Shown here one piece after another: positions 30,370 to 41,200 of a DNA stretch of 64,000 nucleotides. Within the stretch, counting starts at the first letter, position 1. Each line of letters begins with the position of its first letter. The notes beneath the pieces were generated by a model. That model saw only the letters and a program-made list of their open reading frames with translations. It was not told the origin of the DNA and ran no database searches. The position numbers and the translations under genes are program-made. The DNA is from Phoronis australis (lineage: Eukaryota > Animalia > Phoronida), in contig NMRA01000046.1 of the NCBI GenBank assembly GCA_002633005.1, forward strand, positions 932,144 to 996,143. The letters run 5' to 3'.

Positions 30370-31295
30370 TCGGCAATGACCATTGCCTCTGTTGGCCCGA
30401 ACCAGAGGCGATGCAGAGGCTATAGGCGCTCTGTACGCCGGAAGCTTTTCGGCAAATTATGCCTCGCACCGACTAAACCATCAAAGTCACGTTGTTATAA
30501 ATATCTTTTGCGCATAGAGGAACACCTTAGGAGGTTGTCGATGTGTTTAATTCCTTCCAACTCGAACAACTACTCCCGTTATGAAACTTTTTCTTTGAGC
30601 AGTCCCTATTTCAGTTCCCAAAATCGTGAAATCAACATTTTCATTTTTTTAACCAGGCCGAAGGTCAGAAGTTGCGGACCTACCGGCGAACTTTGAAAGC
30701 TGAAGTTCCCGCCCTTCGCGTACGTGCTGCCGGGAACCAGCCGTGCATTTGCTGTGTTGTTAAACATTAAAATGTCAAATATGTGCACGACTATTAAATG
30801 TCGTATCAACAGCATTTATTTTTATCAAATATAAACAATAATTCATTGAAATACAATCAGTTTCAAGTAACGCCAATTAAAGACAAGTATAAGTGGTGGC
30901 ATTTTGGAAACGAACATTTGAATGACAAGACCGCAATGGCTCACCTTTGGCCTATTTAAAGATTGAGGTCATGAAGTCACATCACCTAGCGAGCGCGGTA
31001 AAAATTGGAGCGTGCGCAGTATAAAAATGGTGAGTTCACGATTTTGGGAACTGAAATAGGGACTGCTCGAAGAAAAAGTTTGATAATGGGAGTATTTGTT
31101 CGAGTTGGAAGGAATTAAACACATCGACAACCTCCTCAGGTGTTCCTCTATGCGCAAAAGGTATTTATAACAACGTGACTCTGATGGTTTAGTCGGTGTG
31201 AGGCATAATTCGCCGAAAAGCTCCCGGCGTACAGAGCGCCTATAGCCTCTGCATCGCCTCTGGTTCGGGCCAACAGAGGCGATGGTCATCGCCTA
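30370..31295. mobile_element. Mutator-like (MULE) foldback element, about 270-bp TIRs, 9-bp TSD
   Basis: Arms about 30370-30641 and 31024-31295 are inverted near-copies, which explains the twin 106-aa ORFs; TSD TAAAAGTCG at 30361-30369 and 31296-31304. Confidence 0.8.
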
Positions 31296-31462
31296 TAAAA
31301 GTCGGGAATGGGCACTTAACCGAGAGGTGGGCGTTCAACTGGAAATCATCAAAAATCGCAGATGGGCTGTTAACCGAGCAATGGGCGGTTAAATTGAAAA
31401 TCCAAATAAAGTAGGGGGTGGGCGGTTAACGGAGCATGGGCGTTAACCTGAACGTTTAGGTA
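31296..31462. mobile_element. End of a Tc1/mariner-like element with subterminal repeats (probable host of the MULE insertion)
   Basis: About six copies of TGGGC(G)GTTAACCGAG-like motif, ending ..AACGTTTAGGTA. Confidence 0.45.
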
Positions 31463-31606
31463 ATAGCCGAGATTACCCGATCCGGGAATCGAACCAGCGA
31501 CCCCCATAAAACCGGCGAGGGAGCTAACCATTCAGCTAATAGGCAATTGCCCATTAGCGAGTAGCTAACAGAGGCTCATGTGATTCACCGGAAGCACATC
31601 TACAAC
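31463..31606 (-). repeat. tRNA-derived repeat, copy 3
   Basis: Reverse complement reads GCCTATTAGCTGAATGGTTAGC..GTCGCTGGTTCGATTCCCGG; the anticodon arm does not fold, so it is not a tRNA gene. Confidence 0.55.
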
Positions 31607-32202
31607 AATATTTTTTCCTAAAATAAGAAGATCTTGATTAACTGAAGACATCGTTTGACCTGATTACATACCTCACCAGTTCACCACCCATAAGCGCCAC
31701 TTGTTGTCTTGTCTTGTAATTCCCTGCGATTGTTTGGCGCAGCACCGTCTTACGACATAGTAATCTAGGGGTAGAATTCCATACAATTAAACGATCCGAT
31801 CAACTGTGAAATATGTTCAAGAGATAATGTAAACTGAAAAAATTCACAGGGAACTCTCGAAACTCTCACGAAGTATCGCTCTTTGAGAACGGAGATTGAA
31901 AAGCGATTTATATAAAGTTATATGTGGCCGCGGGCCGCGACTACAGAAAAATATAAGAATATAAATCAACAAAAGATGCATTAAAAACAAATTTGATTTA
32001 TTGTAGTAACTCTTCTTTGATTTATCTATGTGGTATATAAAATAATGGGCAAATGATCAAAATCACGAGTATAATCGGTAGCTCGTTCCTTTAGGCAGAA
32101 AAATGGCGTTTTGACCCAGGTTCAGTCGATAGACATTCGATTTTAGTTGGTTTTAGACAAAATTTTTTTCTTAAATAAACATTTTTAATCAAGCGAAAGA
32201 CG

Positions 32203-35200
32203 ATGAATAACTTGCATTTCGTTGTCCATCCTTTACCTGGCTCTGAAGACCAACTGAACGACAGGTATGAACTTTTGAAGTTGCTTGTACATTTTTCATT
32301 TCAATCAATGTCTCGGGTCTCACGAATCAGTCTCGAGTTGTACCAGGATTACACAGCGTGTGTCGCATGGAGTCGGTGAGTTGTGGCTACGGAGTGCTTC
32401 AGTGTACAGTTATAACATAAAAATTTTCTGTAAGTATGGTACGTGTTTAACAAATGTGTTCTGTTGCTGTTGTGCAACCATTTTTTTATTTGATTTTTAA
32501 ATGTGTTTTATCTTTGGAGTTTGGGGTTTTATTCTGTTCAAAAATCACAAAAAGGGAAGCTCTGGTTATGACTTTCACTATAGCCAATTGGACCTTTTGA
32601 ATTGGGAAGTCCTGCTTTTTGTGTAAATTATCTGGAAGTCAGAGAACCAGTGCCAGTGAAGAACGGGTATTGTGATGGTGTGATGGAGGTAAAAGTCAAG
32701 AGAAGGGGTCTCTCTACTACTTCTGTTCGATCGATCGTGTCTGTTTAAATGTTGGTTCAACATCGATGAATGAAACCTTAAACGATTCGCAAAAATCTAC
32801 CCTATTTATTTATGCAGTAACTGACCTGATCACATCCTTGGCGATATCCGTGAGAAGTTAGGACTCCTAAACTTTGGGCTCACTGCGTCACGAGCGTAAA
32901 AAGTTATTGAGAGACTGGGTCTTGTTTGCAGCTACTTCACACAACGGCAACGGTGAAGGGTGCCAGGCAGTTGAGATAAGAAAGTCAGCTGCACTTAAAA
33001 CTTAGTGTCAGACAATTCGTTGAGTCACAAACTCAAACGGGATCACCCCAAACTCCAAAACATCTGTATTTAGTTTTTTAAACATTTATTCCCTCGAACA
33101 ACTGTCTGACTCAGAATTTGGCAGCTTGCGTGCACACACTTCTACTCACTGTATCTCCTGTCACACGTGACAGCTTGCACCGCGTGCATTTCTACACACT
33201 TGCCACGTGACAATTAATAATTGAGCTGCAATCCAAATGGAGCACTGCACGCTAAACTAAGCGTCAGCTCTGACAAGATTGGGTTTCATACCGCTGTCAT
33301 TTTGAAACTAATCTGATGGCAACGGAACTGTTGATGTTGAATCTACTGTATTTAATGGACATTTTTGATTGCCATTTGGTGACGTGTTGGAATATCTTAT
33401 CGGCATTTGCGCATTAGCTGTCATCAAAGCAGATGAAAAATGGGACTTTTCGAGCACTGAACTTCTGTGAAAATGGTTACACTGCTCACTAGATTCTTGT
33501 GTAGCTACCCGGTAGTAATTTTAATGCTTACAGTTAAGGTTTTCAAATTTAACACTAGGTGTTGCCATACACAAACTTCACCATTGATTTCAATGAAGTT
33601 TAAGAGCCGTAAGTTTTCACGAAAACCTACTAAGAATTGTGGTAAAATGAAGCCAAGCACTTGATCAGTTACTGCCTAAATAAATAAGCGTAGACTTTTG
33701 TGAATCGATTGAGGTATCATTCATTGTCCTTAGACCAGCATTTGAGAAGTTATATAAGTGATTGAACAGATGTAGTAGAGGGACCCGTTCTCTCGACTTT
33801 TAAGCATGATAGAGTTCATGTCACGACAGCCTGAATTTCCAATATCGCGTTCAAGGTTACCTTGAAATCATCGTCCTCGTATACACAAACGACAACTTCA
33901 TGTCCACGTGTGTTAAAACGAAGCTTGGGTTACATTTCAAACTGTGATGATCATGCTAGGTGTTAAATATTGTCCAAAAGGCGTGTTTTTTGTGCATATC
34001 TTGTGCTTCCATTTTCACTCAAAATTTCATGTTTTTGTTGGTCTCAGCTGTCTCATTTCTTGAAGAACCATCTCCGGGTATTTATTCCAAAACCCTTCAC
34101 CCCCCGTCCTTGAACCATCTTTGCAAGTTACTTCCAGTGCAGTGCTCAACACATGCGAAAACGTCTGCTCGAAAATACAAGTGACGCCATATTTGCCACA
34201 CACAATTCCCGAATTAGGCTCTTAAAAAACGATGACCCAAAACAAAGCAAAAAAGTCAAACGTCTGCTCGACGCCTGCACGTGTGATACCAATGAGGTCA
34301 ATGTTCTGTACACGTAGTTTACCAATTTTTCCACTTCTATTTTCATTGTTTACTCGGTTATGTGGAACCCTGCATTGCACCTGGCTCTGCTATTCTGTCA
34401 CATTTGGGTTGATGTGCAATCTCTCTCCCTGTGAAATACCATAGGGAATATTTATAATTGCTTCTCGGAAAATCATGCCATATTGCTCACTGACTTCTTG
34501 TGCAACGATCTATCAGTAATTTAAATGCTTTCGGTCAAGGTTTTCAAAGTTAACACTAGGTGTCACCAGACACTAATTCTGCCATTGACTTCAACGAGGA
34601 GCAGGAAACTTTTCGTGAAAATGTACTAAGACTTGTGGTAAAATGAAGCCACGGATGAGATCAATTACTGCATAGACAGAGTACACTTTTGCAAATCCAT
34701 TGAGGTATCATTCATTGAGTTGACGTCAGACCTACTGGTATTTGAAGATATGAGCGATTAAATAGATGTAGTAAAGGGACTGGTTCTCTCAACTTTTTCT
34801 ATTTTTCACTAGAAGTAACTGGTTTCTATTACTATCAGGTAATTTAGTCTGCACAAATGCTGGATTACTTTTGAACTGTATGTTAATTGTACTTCAATCA
34901 ATTTGATTGTGGAAAATTATTCATTTATGATTGTAACCCTTGTTAAAAATTCCTTCCTCAGAATTAGATTTTTCTAGCCAACCGTACTTGATGAGATTCC
35001 GTCTCACGTATTGCTCTAAATGACCTTGTGTTCAGTACTGTGAAATCTCACCAGTTTAGGACAAGTGAACGTTTTTCGTAAAAGATAACTAACACAAAAT
35101 AATTGCCAATTTTAAGGGCAAAGGCAACCTTTCTTTATGTCATTTTTAGCAAAAATAAGGTTCGTTGATTATCCCAGTCATATTTTTCACTTAATTACAG

Positions 35201-38200
35201 CTTTTTGTAATTTAATCAATTATTCGTTCTCTACTCTGGAACTGAAATTTTGGGAGGCAAGAATTTTGCGCCAATTTCTTCTCATATGTAGTCTGACTGT
35301 GATAGCTGTCAAGTCGGTCATTGTTCTACCTCGGTTGTGATAAGTTCGGTCGTCGTTTGCTGTTGTTTACGAGTCAGTCAACATGCCACACTGTTGCTGC
35401 ATACCGGGATGTACTCATTATCGCTCAGAGCTTGTAAGCAGCCCTGGTGCGATGTTGAGTAGTGGGAGTGAATGCAGGCCCCGTTCGACACCCAGTGAAC
35501 AGGACATTTCGTCGTTCAATGAACAGATCGGTGAGCCAAACTTTGATAAGTTTATTGTGGACTTGTCTAAAGTATTGGGGCTATTTAGAAGGTGCCAGGT
35601 GTGTGGCGAGGGAGTCACACGGCGGGATGCAAGCAGTTTCTGTGCTCAGGTCACTATCCATTGGGAGTGTGTTGCGGGACACTCGGGCAAGTGGGACAGT
35701 TGTTCCTCTGTCCGTAAGACGATAATGTGTACATCTCGGTACGTAGCAACTCGTAAACAAAAGCAAACGACGACTGAACTTACCATAACGGAGATAGAAC
35801 AATGACTAACACGGCAGCTCTCGGCAGTCAGACTATATGAAAATAAATTAGCGCGAAATTCTTGCCTCCCAAAATGTCACTTCTGGAGTAGAGGGCGAGT
35901 AATTGTTTAAATTACCAAAAAGCTGTTATTAAATGAAAAATATGTCTGGGATAATCAACGAACCTTATTTTTGCTAAAAATGACATGAAAAAGGTTGCCT
36001 TCGCCTTTAAAGCTCTATACCATATCAACCATCAGATAATGTTTGGGGAAATTGTGTGCATTCACAATGAGGTTAGAAGCCATTGAAAAATGAAACCAAA
36101 TCAAAGTCGGTGACATTTTATAATTTCTATTCCATTTGTCCGCAGTGGTCAGTTTTAGAGGTCAGTGACTGAAAGGTTGAGAACCAGTTTTCTGCTGGTA
36201 GCTATAAAATATAGTGTTCAGACAGAATTACAATTCTGTTAGAATTCACGAAACTGACTACAATTATTTTGTTTTCGATCTTATTTCAGGTTAAAAGATG
36301 TAGCTGACAAACTGTGTCGCAATACTGCGAATACTCCACTGGTATTTAATGGTCTCAAGCCTGTTGTTCAATGTGTCACTGGACCTTCTCACATTGCCCT
36401 GCTATTTGAGGCAAGTTGATGTCTTTGATCTTTTGTAACTAAGGGCAACAAGTTGGTTGAAGCACCTGTAATGCAATGTATTGATTGATTTACTGCAGTA
36501 AATTTAATTTATTACTCAAAGATTTTTAAGTCTGGTCTGTACGCCACAGGTCAAAGTTGTTTTTGTGTTGGCTAATATTTTTAGGGAACAACTTACAGTA
36601 TGTTGATGTGATTGAACAATGGTTTAACTTTTAATGTGTCCCACATGCAACGTAATGTAATACCTAATTAGTGCTATAAATGTATGATGTTAATCTTTCA
36701 GGATGGCAGTATTTGTAGAGTTCCGTTCTCTATACTTAGTGATAGAGTAGACCAAGTTAAAAGCGAACCGAAGCAGTAAGTTATATTTCTTATTGAAAAA
36801 GCTCTGCATTTATGTTGACATTGCATGTAAAAGCCATATCTAATGCTATCTTAAAAGTTTCTGAAAACTTCTGTACAATTCAGTAATTTGCGTGTACTCT
36901 CATCATATACATGTGTTGGTGCACGTTGTGGTCATCTCTGGCGTCCATCTCCCATCCATGGGATACCGGCATTTGCCCGTTGTTGGAGAGTTCTGACTTG
37001 TATTTAAGAATATAGCGCTGCTTATATTTTTATCCATGGTGACTGCATGTCAATGCTTGACATTGATCTTGTATTTATGTCACTTTTTGTCTCGCACGAT
37101 TTTACTGTGGCTAATGTCACTGCCTCACCCTCACTTTTACTTTAAAATAGACAGCTTTTTACCTTGATGTGCATATGAAATAGATACGGCCATGAACTGC
37201 ATTTTGCTACCCCACACCTAAAGTGCCCTGACATGCAATAAAAACATAAACTGAACTTTATGTACTTTCGATTGAAATGTTACATTGGTTTAAGTTGAAC
37301 TCTATTGCTATGGCCAGTTACTAGGCTATCATGAGCAGTATACGCTGTTTTTGCAGGAAATTAGTAGCTGGCAGTGCTGGTGGTGCAGCTGTAGGAGGCG
37401 CTAGCAGTGGCAGTGCTGGTGGAGCTGGTACATCAGCACGCAGTGGTGAAACTGGCAGTAGTGGTGCTCGGCTACCTCACAGGCAGCGGGCACGCGTTGT
37501 TAGATCGGTCGCCAGGGGGCGTGGTGCAGGTGTCATCGTGGGGTCACGACCCACAGTACCAGTGTCAGTTGTCCCAGAGGAACTTGTGAGCCAATGTCAA
37601 GTGGTCTTACAGGGAAAGTCACGTAGTTTGATCATAAGGGAGCTGCAGAGGACTGTGAGTCATGCGATTTTATGTAGTAACTTTTATCTAGTGCAAAGTG
37701 GTACAGAATTTTTTCTAACTTTTGTGTATAATGATAGGTGCTTTTTTAGTCATAAATATAGCATTAAAGAAAGCTTTTTAATTTGATTAAATACTGTTAA
37801 GAAACGTTGCTTGCCTGTAGCAGCATTCCAACTTCTACACCAGTGGAGTTGGTGTGAATCAATCTGTCTTTTTTAAATTTAGAACCTTGATGTCAACCTC
37901 GCTGTCAACAATCTTCTCAGCCGAGATGATGACAATGATGATGATGACGCTGACAGTCAGGATGGTTACATGCCAGCAGGAGGTATGGTCAACTACATGG
38001 CTTTTATATTATTTTGGGTTATTAAAAGATACATATGCCATGTTTTATGCATGTTAACTGTAGCTTTTCTGTCTGGTTAACTTTCATGTAACATTTGGCT
38101 ATTGCCATTGCTATCTGTATTTGGTTAGAATAACTTATTATGCGTCCAAATATTTATAATGTGGGTGCATACTGTCGTCATCTCTGTCTGGGCGTCAGTC

Positions 38201-41200
38201 ATCCACGGCTGTATCTCCTAAATCCCTTACAGGATCTTATTGAAATTTGACAGGTGTGTTCCTATGGGGTTGACGACAGAAGGCAACGAGTTTTGGAAAG
38301 ACCCGAATACCGCTGTGCCCCCTAGTGGCAATTTTAGTTTTTTATGTTTGCAAATGAAATTTGGCACATAGGTGACGCTATCCTCCCGTTTTTGGATGGA
38401 TTCGAGGTATTTTGCGCCACCTAGTGGCCATTTTTACTGTTTTTTGGTGTCCGTCCCTCTATCAACTGAACCACTCTAAAGATGATTGTGAAAATTAGCA
38501 TGTATGTTCTTACTATGAAGAGGACGGTTGACGATGATTTTCCGATGACTTCGACGACTTTGGCGCCTCCTAGTGGCATTTTTTTTTGTTTTTGCTTCCA
38601 TGACTGTATATTCTAAACGGTCTACAAGATCTTTATTAAATGCACCAAATGTATTGATATAAAGTTAACAACGGAAGACGATGACTTTCTAACAGGTCTG
38701 ACTAAGACTGCCCTCTAGTGGCAATATAATTTTTCTGTTTTCCTCTGTTTCTCAGAAATTCCTTGACGAAATTTCATGAAATTTGTTAAATAGTTTTCTT
38801 TTAGAGAAACGGTGACATTTTCCGGTTTTCAGATGGATTCGACATATATTGTGCCATCTAGTGGCCATTTTTTTCTGTTTTCTAGTCTACTTTTGCCGTC
38901 CACCCTCTGTCAACCAAACCACTCTTAGGATGATTGTGAAAATTGGCTAGTGTGAAGAGGGCGGTTGACGATGATTTTCCGGCTTCAATTACTGTGGCAC
39001 CTCCTAGAGGCAGTTTTTTTGCGTCCTTAGCTGTATCTCCTAAGCCCGCCTGCAGAATGTTTATTAAATTTAGCAAGTGTATTTATATGACATTGACTAT
39101 GGAAGACGGCAATTTTCAGACGGATCCAATGAACCTTTGTCCCCTAGTGGCAATTAAATTTTTTCTGTTTTGCTAAAGTTTCTTGACGGATTTTCATGAA
39201 ATGTGGTAAATAGCTTTCTGTTAAAAAACGGTGACATTTTACAGTTTTTTGATGGATTTAAAATATTTTGCACTATCTAGTGGCCATTTTTATGATACAA
39301 ATAAACACTGTAGAAGCATACCGTTTGCAGTGCATTCGTGGGCACATTTCAATGCTACACGTTGCTCTTGTTTACACAAGTTAGCATATCTTTGTTGTGG
39401 TAAATATGACAATGTCCTTGAAGTATGTGTAAAAGACCTGCAAGCATTCTATAATACCATTTAGTACCACCATTGTCGTAGCTTTAGTCGGTTTTATTTT
39501 ATGATGGTGTGACTGCCTAATAAATCTAAAAAAATCGAATTGAATTTATTTAGGTAAGCAAAGTAACAGAAATGTCAGCTTGGACATAGCTTAAGTTTTC
39601 AACACTATGACTTTTTGAAGGTGTTAAATTTTTATAGGACCATACTTGCAGCAACGTTTTTATGTTCATAGTTTTGTGGTACAGTATAGTCTAAACATGT
39701 AATATATCCACTGTCCAAAACAAATTTTCTCTAGAATTAATAAGCTCAATTCAACCAACCTTACTTCCAAACAAAACAGCGTCTTTTCAATGTTTAAACC
39801 TTAAGCAATATTTTACAATAATCTCAAAAAAGATTTCAAACATCTTTCAGAGCTGTCACATGTAATTGACGTGTCATCAGCGTATTGTGATATTAAACAT
39901 TCTTTGTTTTCAACCAAACCCCTCTAATTTTAATGATATACATAACCATGAGAACCAAAATTTCAGCAGATAGTACAAAAATATATAGTGACAAAGGGTC
40001 ATCTTGTCTACATCCTTATTGAATTTCAAACCATAAAGAAGTTAGGAATACAGGTATTTCCCTAAAAGTACTACCCAAATCAAAGTTTTTAACTTCCCAA
40101 AAATTGTATATATTGTGAAAAAGAAATTTTCATTTCAAGTACTACTTCGTCCCCACTTTCCGTTTTTGTATCAGCTTTCCGTAGAAAAGGCATATATTTG
40201 CTAAAGAAATGTCTATTCCATTTTAAGACTCTTCTAAACTCAAATGGTTGTCCAAAGTGCCCTTCTCTCTAACATTGCTCTGTGTCACTTTTCACCTTCC
40301 TATATCAGTTATTTCAGTGAATTTTGCAGGGTTTTGCTGTTGATTTTCAAAAACACCACAATAGGTTTTTAGTGCCTGTGCACTCCCCTCCTAATAGCAT
40401 TTTAAAGAACAGTGCATAAAGTATCATACTCGACCATTTCAGAGATATAGTGTTCTGAAGTTGACCAGTTTTGACGTATGTGTTTACTATCTAGTTTATT
40501 ATTGCGTAGCTAACATAACATCAACACAAACTTTGTTGTCACGTATATGTACTTGTAAGTACAGCATGCTGTGTTTATGTTTTCTAACACAATAAGCATG
40601 TTGTATTGCAGATGACTTGATGTCACTGTTGGATGCAGGTATTCATGCTGATCATCAGAGTGTCATCATAGACGCAGATGCCATGAATGACGAGATGTAT
40701 GGTTACTCCCCTCTACGTATACGCTCCCTGTCCAATGCACGGCGACCAGGTTTGTCATTACATCTCCAGTTGCTATGTCATGTTGATTCAGTGGATACCT
40801 GTTGTTGGACTTAACTCAGATGGTGTGTTAATATGAACACAAATTTTTCAGGCTCTCTGGGAGTGATTCAAGACTTAAGTCATTAATTTGGTCTAATTCT
40901 TCACACATCTGGTTATGAAAAATAGTCATGCATTTATCATTTATTCTCTCAGAATATACCCATAACTTTAAGTTACTTCAACCATTTGTGTAAATTGTGT
41001 CTAGATTGTGATATATTAATAATTACATGGCTAAACCTTTATTCAACAATCTTGAAGTGGTTATGTCAGATTTAATCTCTCTCTTAGGTCATAAATCTCT
41101 TTCACGAAATGTACCTCTACTCATATACTTCCATCAGTATCCTACTTTGTTTACTTTGATTTGGTTGTGAAATCCCCTTTGATGTCCTTTCGTAATTAAA

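Larger units (their letters stand above)
29800..32202. promoter_or_regulatory. Divergent COQ7/UBR5 promoter region, CpG-enriched
   Basis: Head-to-head genes; visibly more CpG than gene-body introns; YY1-like AAAATGGCG at about 32100-32108; CRE-like TTACGTCA at about 29898-29906. Transcription starts are not determinable from sequence. Confidence 0.5.

Noticed and set aside
30376-31289. Twin 106-aa ORFs on opposite strands as a duplicated gene pair
   Set aside because: They are the two arms of one inverted-repeat element with a 9-bp TSD; no recognisable domain and non-ATG-dependent chance frames in GC-richer DNA.
31463-31550. Possible tRNA gene on the minus strand
   Set aside because: A and B boxes are present, but the acceptor and anticodon stems do not pair; it is a multi-copy diverged repeat.
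32490-33085. Possible MITE bounded by TTTGGAGTTTGGGGT / ACCCCAAACTCCAAA
   Set aside because: Only a 15-bp inverted match, with no identifiable termini or TSD.
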